From positions 113,584,001-113,648,000 of the forward strand of contig OZ024742.1 of assembly GCA_964016885.1 (NCBI GenBank): 64,000 nucleotides of DNA, given 5' to 3'. The stretch is from Eledone cirrhosa (lineage: Eukaryota). The position numbers and the translations under genes are program-made. Below are positions 42,438-55,839 of this stretch, piece by piece. Every line of letters begins with the position of its first letter. Position 1 is the first letter of the stretch. The notes beneath the pieces were generated by a model, which made no database searches, had not been told where the DNA came from, and saw only the letters and a list, made by a program, of their open reading frames with translations.

Positions 42438-43469
42438 TTTTAAAAGCAGAAGAACTGCGAAACCGGTAAAGGAAACAAATAAATATATATATATTTTTTT
42501 TAAATAAGACTCCAGTTGCATTTTCGATTTCATCTTTTTTTCTTTATACTTTCACTCGTGTAGGACACCCCGGTTACTTTTCATTTTGTAAAAGTGTGTT
42601 TATATGTATGTAGATATGGTTATGGGCGTGTGTATGTACGCATGACTATTCATACAATTATGTTTGTGACTTTGTTTACATAATTTACCATATTAATAAA
42701 TATATATTTGTCATCAATAAGTTCATACATCTATAGCTGTTTTAAATGACACATATAGTGGACATGACAAGAGAGTATGTCAGAGCTATAGTCTATTGTT
42801 ATATACTTTTGTGAGTATGACGATTAGGTTGACGTTGACAAGAATGTTGATATGGATGAGGATCGGAACAGTGCTGATGGCCATTGCATGGTTTATGATG
42901 AGGAAGATCATATTCGGGATAAGAATGAAACTCAGGGTTGAATTATAATAATTATGATGATGTATTTTGATTTTTGATTTGTTTATTGCTTAGCCTGTGA
43001 CAGAGCGTGATGAAACACATGTATGTAATTAAGTTTTCCACCAAATCACTGTCATGATTCTGTTCGGAATTAGCGTACCCCCAAACCATTGTCTTGTGTG
43101 TTACACCTAATATCCGCAGGAATCTCTATCAAAGATATCGGGTTAAGGCTTCACAGATATAACTCCATCCGATAGTTACTTCCTTGTTGGAAAATTGATA
43201 CAACATTAGATTTCACAATGTGTTATTAAGGGTATGTTTATTTAACAAAATCAGTGTGGTTTCGATAATATGAATGTGAACGTCGGTGTTGAAGAAATAG
43301 TTTGATTCTGGTGGCTTCTTGGGTGTATTTATTAAGGAAAGGGGAATTTAGGATGATTTGCACAGGATGATATCTATGATGCTTATGTACAAAGTGGTGC
43401 TTGCATTGTTGATAAAGATATTCAAGAGCTGGTGAAAATAGCGTTATGTTTAGTTTACCTAACCAATTC

Positions 43470-43524
<55 letters not shown>

Positions 43525-43527
<3 letters not shown>

Positions 43528-46447
43528 AAGCAGGAAATTGGTATTTCTGATCCTGTTAGTGGGTAAGAGAGCCAGTTTCATCGATGGTTTCAACGTACGG
43601 TTAGGGGTAAACTCCACAAGTCTGTAAGAATTCCGTTCAATGTTGGAGTATAAAGTAGAAAAGAGAAAACACAGCTAAGCATTAAGAAAATGATTTTATC
43701 CAGGTATTTACGACCGTTTCATTGGTAAGTGCAACATTATATTGCGATACTGCAAACAGCAGCCACTCAATGATAATTGTTGTTCACGTCCAAATTTTCA
43801 AAATAGTGACTAAGTTACTCTTAACAAAGTTCTTAATATATAGAGGGAAACATATTTTTGGAATTGTATTTACTAGAATAGAGAGAGAGGAAGAGGAATT
43901 AGAAAGTGGGGGGACAAACGGAATATTATAGAGAGAGAGGAATGGGGAGAACAGTTAGGAATTAGAATGACAAACGGAGATGGATGGAGGGCTAGAATTG
44001 GAAGGATTCCTTGATCAGTTTTGATACGTAGACTTCATGTCCTCGATTTAGTGTGTTGTGAGATAAAGAGAATTACATTGTTTATAGTGGGAGGGATGCA
44101 GGGAGATAGAGAGAGGGGAGAGATATATAGAGAAAACTATATATATAAAAAAATAAAAATAAATAAAAATAAAAATAAAGAAGGGAGGGATAAAGAAGAA
44201 CAAAAAGATAGCCAAAAAGGGGAGAGAGGAAAGGCAGAAACCGAAAAGGAATGAAGGAGAAGGCAGGTATATGGGTATTGGTTTTTGAGGGTAGAAAGTC
44301 TAAGTATATGCAGTTTGTCAGGTGGTAGTAAGAGGTTAAGGGTTCGATTTGCACTTGTAGTGCGAACACTTTTCTTTGGGTCTATGGTTACAATAAATTG
44401 ATCTTTCGATCTTATTGTTGAGCAACTTATTCTTCGAACTCAAAATGTGGAACAGCTCAAGGTCACATAATCGACAGCTTCTCATACCACTCTAATATGG
44501 GGGCGCGTTCGATAATTTTGTCCACTTCAGGTTGTATTGATGGTTACATTCTCTCAGTTGCCAGGTCTTGTTTGCAAGGATAGTTAGATAACGATGGTGG
44601 GAATGTTTCTTTGCGTAACGGTGTGTATACCAACGGGCTTTAAATGTCTTCGCAGTGACTCCGATGTAATACCATTTCTGGTTGTCTGTTTCTACTGTGC
44701 ATTGGTAAACCAGGTTAGACTGCATACATTCATTATGTAATTGACAGGTTTCAGGTAGGTGACAGTTACAATTCTTGTCATGGGCAACTTTGGCATTATT
44801 GGTGGGCTGCGATGCCTGTACAAGTGTATTACGTTTTGTTTGCCTATTAGTGGGTGTTTGTGTATTATATATTCTGTTGTGTTCAATGGTGATCGTATTG
44901 TTATTGTTATAAATTTGTGTTCTGGTGTTGTTAAGTATCTTTTTAGCGTTAAGCATCTTAATGTGGGCCTCTATGTTAGGTGCCGTGGTGTAAGATAGTC
45001 TAATATATTTAGTGTTAAGGATGTTGCTGTATCTATGTGAATCTGGAAAGTGCTCATTTATTATTCTAAATAAGGTAGAGGGAAGGTTAGTACTAATAGA
45101 GGTGTTAAATATGGGGTTATACCAAATATATTTTCTACTGCGAGACTTGTTTGATTTCGATGTTGTATTTCTATTTACAGTATAATTTGTAGTTCTATGC
45201 GTAAATGCGTGTGCTCGTGTCTTTCTGGAGTGTGTGTTATGCGTGTTCGTGTGCACTTTGCGGAGGCTCTCATCTATATAGTCTACTCTATCTAAGTGGC
45301 CTGCCTTGTGTAGTGCGGTATTGTAGTATTCTGCACTTTCATCGAAGATGTGTCTGTTAGACGAGAGGCGGGAGATCCTAAGGGATATGCTGCCTGGAAT
45401 GGATTTAATTATGGATAGTGGGTGGTTTGAGTTACAGTTGATGTATGCTAAGTTTTCATAAATTTTATGAAAATGTTTTATAAGTCTCGTATTTAGGTTA
45501 AGCGTCGCGTCTAGAAAGTTAACTATGTTAGTGCTATACTCATACGTTATGCTAAGGCCTAGTTTTCCGAGAGTCTTTCTAATATTCTTAAGGAGTCTTT
45601 CTATGCTCTGGTCATTTAGGTTGTTAACTAGGAGAAGGGCGTCGTCTATGTAGATTCCACCGTGAAGATCGCTAAACTTACTCTGTAAACTATGGGCTAT
45701 GTAAATACCTACTAAATATGGACTTGAGCCGAGTCGTTAGCACCCATCGTGATGTCAAAGTTATTTAATCTATTCATACGTTCCCAATAGGTGTTTTCAA
45801 ATTTAATTATTGTTTTCCTAGCAGCTAATATAATTTTTATCTCGTCGTCTGTTATGTCAGAATTGGCTTTGGCGAATGCTAAGGCTTTATCCAAGGTGTT
45901 GGGGGATATAGAGGAGTAATAGTCGTTAATGTCGAATGGTATAACCTTAGATACTTTTTTTGTTAGCTATATAGTTAAACCACTTAATTGTTTCGGTAGC
46001 GTTACCCCATAGTTTAATCACTAGTTAATTCTTCATTTGTGCTATCACTCTGTCTAATATATGTTTACTAATTTTCCCAATGTCCTATTTGGACGGGCAT
46101 ATAAGTCTAATTGTGGGATTATAATCAAAGTTTACCGTGAGGTCCTTGTGATTAAATGTGGGGTTACATGGCCTGAGTGGCTCCGTTCTGTCGTCTATTC
46201 CTAGGTGTTTGACTATATTGTGTGCCTCGTTGTTGATCTTTATCTGTGCCGCCTCATTAGTTTTTTTGTATTCCCTATGTAATTTTTTCCGTATGAAGCT
46301 ATTGTATGTATTCATATCCATCGTATACACATTTAAGGTTTTGTCGGCTTTGATAATAATTCCATTGGTGGTTCGCAGCTTTTTGAGGAATGTATTCATG
46401 TCATTCTGGATTTTGTTATTCCTCAGCTTTTTAAATTTTTTATACAT
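43525..46447 (-). mobile_element. Naiad-like PLE 4, 5'-truncated
   Basis: IIKADKT, IRLICPSK, FDITMGANDSAQV, IYIDDAL, NFLDATLNL, YIWYNPIFN, CNCHLPETC, LVYQC..YIGVT; 3' end at (TA)n. Confidence 0.88.
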
Positions 46448-46461
46448 ATATTTATCTGTCT

Positions 46462-46551
<90 letters not shown>

Positions 46552-47020
46552 GTATCTATCTATATCTATCTCTCTCGCTCCATCCCTCCCACTATAAACA
46601 ATTTAATTCTCTTTAACTCACTAATCTATAAATCGACGACATGAAGTCTACGTATCAAAATTGATCAACTAATCCTTCCGCCTCTACCCCTCCCTCCATC
46701 TCAGTTTGTCACTCTACTTCCTAACTCTTCTCCCCCTTCCTCTCTCTCTATACTATTCCATTTGTCCCTCCACTTTCTAATTCCTCTTCATCTCTCTCTC
46801 TATACTAGTAAATACAATTCCCAAAAAATATTTTTCTCTATATATTAATAATTTTTTAAGAGTGACTTACTCACTGTTTTGAAAATTTGGATGTGAACAA
46901 CAATTATCATTGAGTGGCTGCTGTTTGCAGTATAGCAATATAAGTTTCCACTTACCAATGAAACGGTCGTAAATACCTGGATAAAATGCTTTTCTTAATG
47001 CTTACCTGTGTTTTCTCTTA
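46448..47020 (+). repeat. Inverted partial pseudo-LTR of Naiad-4
   Basis: Reverse complement of ~43660-44160; contains expanded (CT)n 46468-46540. Confidence 0.85.
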
Positions 47021-47124
47021 ATGCTATAAAAAGGATCGATCGACTTTCGTCAAATCGGACCGAGGAAACAATGTTTCCGTTGGTCTTTTCAATTGCTAAT
47101 ACTATCTATCGGTCGCAACGCCAG

Positions 47125-47250
47125 GTAGAAGAAGCAAGGTGAAACAAAGTGTCTGGCTCAAGGACATAACGCATCGCCTGGTCCAGGAATCGAACTCACA
47201 ACGTCAAGATTGTGAATCTTATTATCTAACCACTCAGTCACACGCCTTCA
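47125..47250 (-). mobile_element. CORE-type tRNA-SINE 5' part
   Basis: Minus strand TGAAGGCGTGTGACTGAGTGGTTAG..GAGTTCGATTCC..GTCCTTGAGCCAGACACTT. Confidence 0.75.
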
Positions 47251-47309
47251 GTTTTATACTATATATATACATATATATTCATATATATAGATATATATCT
47301 GAATATATA

Positions 47310-47394
<85 letters not shown>

Positions 47395-47442
47395 ATATAT
47401 ATATATATATCTATATATATATATATATATACACACCCACAT

Positions 47443-47483
<41 letters not shown>

Positions 47484-47692
47484 CGATTTCCTGTCACCAT
47501 GAATTGGCAAGCTATTTAGAACACTGGTTTAACCGCTTTGCTTCCCTCCGAAGAAGAGATTTTATCTCGACAATTGAGGACATTTAATAAATCTAAGGTA
47601 AAAGACTATTTGTCAACAATATCTTTTGCATTTGCATTCTTTATTCTATGTCCATACCTGCATTGTTTTGGCTTTATTATACATATACAAAC

Positions 47693-47731
<39 letters not shown>

Positions 47732-48439
47732 TAAATTTGTATTCCAATGTTACTAAGTATTTGCATTGGATGGAGTCAACCGACGTCAGAGATTGCTCAA
47801 CGTATAATAAAGTGTGTTTTAAAATCCGGAGAAAATATGGAGAAGAAGTTTACGAAATGGAAATGCGGGTATATAGAATTTATTAGGTAACAATTGTTTC
47901 TATAGTGTATGGGTTACCTATACCTCGCTATTTGAATAATATACAAATATTATCATAAAAAAAAGGTACACTGTAAGCAAACACACCATGTCTTCAGACC
48001 TTTGTATTAGAATGATATGAAAATATTTTATACACTAGATAAAAGATAAAGAAGGAGGTAGGAAGAGAACGGGAAGAGGGAAGTGAGTAAGGTGGAGGGA
48101 GTCTTAGGATTTAAGACTGTCAGACTAGTAGAGATTGTGAGGAGAGAATGTTTTGGCAGCAGTTAGCTTAATGAGGCGTGCTAAGGTTGGCGGGGAAGTA
48201 GATTCTTCTAGTGGTGTTGTTCGGACAAAATTTAGTTAAAGGGGTCAAAGTGGTACAGTGTCACAGACAAGTTATTAGGGCTATTATAGTAGCAGGTTAT
48301 TTCTAAAGCGGTCCAGAAAAACAGTGTTTAGTACTATTATTATAGAAAGCCATATCTTGTGTATAAACATATAAGACAGAAATTTGCAAACGGTGGTGTA
48401 AAAAGGTAACATTATATGCATTTAAAAAGTGGTAACACG

Positions 48440-51400
48440 AAATGATTATCCTTTGGCGGATAAGGATAAAACGCGACAAAATAAAGTATATGTCTAATGA
48501 TAAAATCTCATACCGGATCGGCCGTCACCCGGGTAAAAAAGTGCCGCGACCCTCAGAGAGGAACCAGACTGGGGTCGAAAAATTAGCTAATGGTTCAAAC
48601 CTTCCCATCACTTCGGAGCTGGAGACCTCCCATAACTGGAATACTCCTACTTTTGTCCCTCCATGCTCACCACCAAGAAATCCAAAGAAAAAGGGAGAAA
48701 ATGGTCAAGGGAAGATAATAAAGAAGTCCTTGAGGCTTTCTACACTGCCATGTACTACCCATCAAATACATCGAATAGGAAACAGACATATATCAACTGG
48801 AAAAAGAAACATCCCGAAAACAGAGGCTATATTGACAGTAACAAACTAGCCAATATACGAAGAAATATTGTAAAAAAAAGTTACTAACTGATATAGAAAT
48901 TGATCAGATCAAGCTATTAGCATAACGTCAGCGAATGGAAAATGAAACATGTGTCAGTGAAAACGAGGTAATTTCTAACACTTCGAATCCCAGGGTTGGG
49001 GCGGAATCACTCACTGACAACAGAACAAATTAAAGAAAGGATCGAAAAAGTGGAGGGAGTGCATGCTCAAGATGAAACTCCAAATGAAAACAATGAGATC
49101 GTAAATGATAAAGAAATGAATGAGAATGAACTTGCCAACTTGAAGGATGAAATTATGATTGAATGAATGAAAATGAAAGAATCTGACATTTGGGGAACGA
49201 GACACCCTCCCTAAGATCCAAAACTCCAAACAGAAGCAAAAGATAATACACAAGACTAACATAATTCTCAAAAACATTATCATCACAAACATACTAAACA
49301 TTACTGATTTAAATCATCTCTATTATGCATCGGCTAAAGTCACCACTCAATTATGTGGAGTGAAGATGGAAAAACAAAGGGATTCCCACAAGAAATCTAC
49401 TTGGCGAGAGAACATCAATCGCCAAATAAACCTTCTCCGATCTGACATAGAAATGTTAACAAACTATAAAGTAGGTGAACATGTTAAACAAACTAAACAT
49501 AGAAAATTGAAAAGAAAGTACAGTATAAAATAGTGACATAGACATACTGACAGAAATAATCAAGTAAAAAGTGTCAGCCAAAGCTGCTCTTATAAGGCGC
49601 TTTGAAAAACGATCTAGATTCTATAAGGACAATAATATGTTCAAAAACAACCAGAGAAACTTCTACAGAAAAATTGGTAAGTCAACAATAACTGCTAAAT
49701 CAATACCACCCAGGGAGGAAGTGCAAGAATTCTGGGAAAAGATCCGGGCCGAAGAAAAAGTTCATAATATACATGCCCCATGGATAGACAGACAAGTGAA
49801 AGATACAGCTCACCTTGAGGAACAAATATGGAATAATATAACAGTTGAACAGTTGCGTTTGGCTCTAAGAAAAACCAGCAAATGGAAATCCCTAGGAAAA
49901 GACAAAATACAAAATGTTTGGATAAATGCCTTCACAGAGTCTCATGAGCTGTTAGCCCAACTTTACAATGAAATAGTTAAGGAGCCAGAAAAATACCATC
50001 ATGGCTAGTTAACGGCATTACATTCCTGCTTCCGAAGAATGATGAGACAAACAATCCCAAAAATTACAGACCGATAACTTGCTTGACCACAATGTATAAA
50101 ATTTTAACATAAGTCCTAACTGAATATACATATGACCACCTGATAACAAATGACCTATTTCCCATTGAGCAGAAAGGGTGTAAACGAGGCTCATATGGCT
50201 GTAAGTATCAGCTTTTGGTTAACAAAATGATACTGGAAGATTGTCATAATAGACACAAAAATCTATCAATTGTTTGGATAGATTATAAAAAAGCATTCGA
50301 TAGTTTGCCACACAGTTGGAGTGAAAAATGTTTAGGGATTTTCAAAATATCTCCCGTTGTCAGGAGATTTTTGTCATTCAGTATGAAGACGTGGAAAACG
50401 ACACTCTTTTTGAATAGTGAAATAAAATCACTGTAGGTTGGCGAAGTTAATATTAATTGTGGAATTTTTCAGGGTGACTCTTTTATTCTGTATCGCACAT
50501 ATACCATTAAATAAAATGCTCAATGAAACAAAACATGGATATAAAGTCTATGACAAAACCATTAATCACTTGTTCTACATGGATGACCTGAAACTATTTG
50601 CAAAAAATGATGAACAACTGCAAGGGCTATTATCCACTGTAGAGCAGTTCAGTGATGACATTTAAATGGAGTTTGGACTAGATAAATGCGCCAAAGCAAC
50701 GTTCACCAGAGGAAAGTTGCTGAAAAGTTCAGACAGTAATCTTGATCGGGGGAATGTGATACGAGAACTTGATCAAGAGGAAACTTACACATATCTAGGT
50801 GTTTGTGAAGGAGACGGAATCAAGCACTCGACAATGAGGGAAAGGATAAGGAAGAAATGTTACCTCAGAGTAAGAGCAATCTTAAGAAAGGAATTAAATG
50901 CAAGGAATAGGATCGATGCCATAAACATGCTTGCCATACCAGTAGTAACCTACAGTTACAATGTCATCAACTGGTCAAGCACAGAGATCCGTAGGATCGA
51001 TACAAAAATTAGAAAATTCTTAACCATGCACATAATGCATCACACTAAGGCAGATACATATAGAATATATCTCGCCTAGGAAAGAAGGAGGACGTGGGTT
51101 AATCCAGTTAGACATTGCGTTATAAAATGCAACAATTGGATTATCTACATATCTAAGGGAATCACATGATTGGATGATCAAACTCGTCTTGAAACACGAA
51201 AGCATCAAAAGATCATACTCCATTACAAAAGATGCACAAAGATACATTAATGGACTACATATTTCAGAAGTCCCATTTACTGCTGAAATGGAAATCACAG
51301 AAAAAGCAAAGCAGGTAAAAGTAACTGCAAAGAAAGAACTGCTACAGAAACTGGCTGAGAAATGACAAGAAAAGCCTCTGTATGGAAAATACCCAGAACG

Positions 51401-52271
51401 AGTTAACAATCCTGATGTTGACAAAACTTTAACACATCAGTAGATGGCATACTCTGGACTGAAATCGGAGACTGAAGGACTGATTATATCAGCAAAAGAT
51501 CATTGTCTGCCAACAAAAAATGACCAAGCCAACATAATAAAAAATGGATGCAGCCCATTATCCCGTGTATGTAAAAAACAACCAGAGACCTTTGACCATA
51601 TAATTTCAATGTGCAGTCCTATAGCTCCAACCGAATACCTAAACAGGCATGACAGAGCTGCACAATACATACATTGGATAATGTGTAAGCATTTTGACCT
51701 GCCCCATCAAAAAAATTGGTGGGAGCATCAACCACCTCCCATACTTGAAAAAGATCGCATCTCAATCTTGTGGAACTTTACCATCCAAACAGACCGAAAA
51801 ATAGATGCAAATAGACCTGATATAATATTGAAGGACTTTAAAAAGAGGGTATGCCTGCTAATTGATATGTCCGTTCCAATAGACAAGAATGTATCTATAA
51901 AAACATTTGAAAAATTGAGCAAGTATAATGACCTGGAGATAGAAATTGCAAAAATGTGGAAATTGAGAATTAAAACAATACCAGTGGTTGTAGGCGCTCT
52001 GGGAATGATACATAAGGGGTCTAATGATTACTTATGGCAAATCCCAGGCAACCCGCGTATAGGAGAAATACAACAGATAGTACTAATGGTAACTGCCCAT
52101 ATACTAAGGAAGATTCTGTCAATATAAGTACATCACAAGTCTAAACACCTAAAGATGCACGTGTGAGTATGTATGTTCTTTCTTGAACATGGCGGACCGT
52201 GTTGTCTCTTGAGGTCATTGGTTGTGACTTGGTGATAACTCATATGAACATAAAGCAAGATAAATGCAGAT

Positions 52272-52272
<1 letters not shown>
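48440..52272 (+). mobile_element. R4/Dong-clade element, family B, near full-length, decayed
   Basis: N-terminal RKWSREDNKEV, NYRPITCL, HLFYMDDLKLF, RPDIIL..IDMSVP..EKLSKY; many stops and frameshifts; (TAA)n tail 52273-52315. Confidence 0.9.
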
Positions 52273-52317
<45 letters not shown>

Positions 52318-52559
52318 TTTCTTTATTAACCACAAGGGTTTACATAAAGTAGACATTAAGGACAGTGCAGGACAATGCAGGACGGTACAAATGGGCATTT
52401 CTGCGTGTAAAAAACAAAAACAGAGGATGTAACAAAAATAACAATGAAAAATTCCCCAATAGGGGGGAGACTTCGGAGGGACATTTGTGGAGAAAGCCCA
52501 GTAAAAAGCCACAATGACCCTGACCACCAAGGCAAGTGCCCTCTCCCAGTTTTCCACCT

Positions 52560-55500
52560 TTAATTTACCATTCTTGCTTCTCTCACCCATCTTTCAACAA
52601 AATGCTGGGAAGAGAGCACTTCCCTCTCTACTCTGATTTTCCTTTTCAAATGAAATTTGAAAAAGTCAATCAGAGCATCACCGAAGAGGTAAGTGCTCGT
52701 CTTCAGCCCTTTTAAACGTTTCCACCATACTATTTCTTTCGCCATGGCCACCAGACAAACAAAAACTGCCTGCCTTTACCGGCTAAAGGAAGAAGGCGGG
52801 GCAATCCTCACGATCGACTCAGCTGATAGCTGGATCCGTCCCACACGCGACAGCAGGTGTTCGACATAAACCCTCAAGTCAGCAATGCTCGGATACTGGA
52901 CGAGTGCGTGCAGGACGGTTTCGAAGCTCTGTGCGCATCTCGGACATGCCCGGCTGACGGCACCTCCATGCCTGTAGAGTTTATCCCGAACTGCCAAAGC
53001 TCCTCGGTAGCACTGCCAGGCCAGAGATTTCTGGAAGTTGTCCATAGGCCCCGGCCCGAAAGTTCTTCCGAAGAGATTGGCTAGTTGATTTTCGTCGACG
53101 CCTAGAGTTTCCCCAAGTACGACGTCGCTCTTCCCCTCCACTAATCCTCTATAGAATGCCAAGGTGGAGTTTCCACCGATCACATTGCCTGATTGGTAGA
53201 GGGCTGTGAGCGCCTGAAGACATTCCAGTCTCCAAGCGCTCCCTCTCGGTCTTCTCTTGACCCAGGACTGCAGCTCCGTCAAGGAGACGAGCTGAGGAAA
53301 GACGCGTCTAGCAAACGGAGACCACACCTGATCACCGTCGAGGAAGAGGTGGAGATGGGGTAGCCTGAGCGCGTGTCTGCGCATTATCTGCCACGGCATT
53401 CCCAGCCCTCCACGTAGGGTGTGTTGACAGCAGATAGACCGCCTGACCATCGGAGCGCGTCCCTTCCACGAAAAGCGAAAGAACAAACGCTCCAGCGCAG
53501 TCAGGCGGGGCTTAGGGCAAGGTACGACGGTCAGGCGGTTGTAGATGACGGAGGCGATATACGCGTTAGCCACCTTCGCACGACCTTTCAGGGATAGCTC
53601 CCCTCAGCCCATTTCTGGGTGAGAGAACCCAACCTGCTCGTCACCTCATCCCAGTTTTTGTCCGTCTGGAGATCCGATCCGAGCCAGACCCCGAGCAATT
53701 TAACTGGTCCGTCTGTCCAGCGGCCGACGACGCTGTTGGACGGCATGGACCCGCCTCTCCAGGTGACCAGCTGCAGGCCCACTGACTTTTCCTGGTTGAT
53801 CATTGCTCCTGTCACCGCTTAGTATTCTCTTAGTGTAGTGTCAATCGCCTCGATCTTTGGCGTTCGACACCACTACGGTGACATCGTCCGCATACGCTGA
53901 CACGGATCTTCCGCATCCTAGTTCGCGCGGGTCCCTCTCAACGTCTCCAGTTTGTGCAGTAATGGCTCGAGAGTCAATACGTACAAGAGGGACGAGAGGG
54001 GACATACTTGGCGGACCGAGCGCATGATGTTGAACGGTTCCGAAAGCTGACCGTTCACTCTCACCACAGAGCAGATGTCGCTGTACATGGCAGCGATCCA
54101 GCCTCTGAAGACGGGCCCAAAGCCAGCCGCCCTCAGGACTGCCGCTAGGTAACGATGGTCGACCCTATCGAAAGCTTTCGACTGATCTAAATTGATCAAG
54201 GAGCCACCCGTGCCAGGTTCCCTAGTTACCCTCTCTACGATGTATCGCATGAGGTGGGGGTTGTCGTGGATGGATCTGTCGGGAATGGTGCATGTCTGCA
54301 CCTGTCCCACCAGACCACCAACGACAAGCCCCAAGCTCTTTGCTAGCACTTTGGCCAAAATCTTGAACTCTGTGTTTAGCAGAGTTATGGGCCTAAATTT
54401 ATCTATGTTATCCCCCTTGTTCGGATCCTTTCTCAGCAGCGCCACAGCTCCTCGGCTCACAGAGCTGGGAATTCTCCCGTTATGTTGCCAGTTGCAGTAG
54501 ACATCTGTGAAGAGGCCTCTGAACAAGTCTGGCATCTGCACGTAAAGTTCATAGGGCAGACCATCCAAACCAGGCGATTTACCCCTTGTGCAGCTAGTCA
54601 TTGCCTCCGTTACTTCAGCGGCTGTTATCGGCTTTTCGCAACACTCCGCCTCAGTGGCCGAGAGCCGCAGCAGTCCGTCCATGTAGACACTCAAGTCCAT
54701 CCCTCCGCCGGCCCGCCGCTGCCCCCAAACAACTGAGCAAAGTGTCGTTGAAAAGCTTCACACATTTGCCCGGGATTGAGTAGCATGCGCCCATCGTGGT
54801 CCACCAAAGACCGGATCGTGGCTTTGTTGCCACGATGCGCCTCACGGGCCCATTGAACGGCTTTCGTTCCCTCGTGTCTGAGAGCACGCATCCTAGCTCT
54901 GACAACGCAGTCGTCGTGCTTTGCATTGAAGAATTGGTCAATGGCCAATTTCGCCGCAAGTACGTCGGTGGCGATGCCATTGCTAAGCGCCTCATCTAAT
55001 TTTGTAACTAATTATCCCTCTGCTCTATTTTTCTCTATTGCTGAAGCCTTACTAAACCTAATGGACTCTATTCTAATTGCTCTTTTCAGAGTAAACCACA
55101 ACTTGTTGTTGACGATGGCGCCCGTTAACGCCCGCTTAACTAGTTCGCTAATCCGGTCTCTGTAGGCCTTGCGCGCTGGTAAGGACGCGTTTAGCTTCCA
55201 GTAGCCGGGTCCTCGTCTATGAAGCCTATCTAAGTCAAGCACACAGATCACGAATTTGTGTTCCGTGTAACTGAGTATCTTGAATTGTGGACAGCCTAAA
55301 CTAGACCTAACTGTTTCTCTACAAAATACTCTATCTAGATATGATATGGATGACCCTATGCGATTTGTCGAGGTCCACATTGGCACATTCGGAAAATCCA
55401 ATTGGTACCATTCAGACAGTTCAAAACGCCTGAGCAGGTTGGTGAGGCTCTTACACCCTCCTCCCCTATCCGCTAATCCCACACAGTACCAGCGTGCATC

Positions 55501-55835
55501 TAAGATCCCGTTCCAGTCGCCCACTAACACTAAAGAGCGGGACGTTCCAAGAAAGGTCTCCAGACGCCGGGAGAAATCAGCCGCCCTGCTCCTCTCGGGG
55601 CATAAACGGCCACTAACCTGAAAGCTTTCCCGTCTCCGCTGGTCACGTCTAACACCACCAACTTACCTTCTGGGTCCAGGAAGATGGCCCGTATGGCGAG
55701 GTCCAAACCTCTCCGAAAAAGCACATCAACTCTTCCCCCCGATCCCGGACGGCTGGGAGATGCGTACACATCGTAGCCGCCGAAGATTATGGTCTCGCTG
55801 ATGGCCACTACATCTATGTTTAGTGACCAGAGGTC
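52560..55835 (-). pseudogene. Tx1 ORF2 (APE-RT), disrupted, N-terminus deleted
   Basis: ORF fragments 55530-55808, 55012-55530, 54691-54948, 53918-54700, 53588-53815, 52776-53573. Confidence 0.88.
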
Positions 55836-55839
55836 GTTG

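Noticed and set aside
47950-48400. Possible Neptune-like RT remnant on the minus strand (TLARLIKLT)
   Set aside because: Only one weak motif
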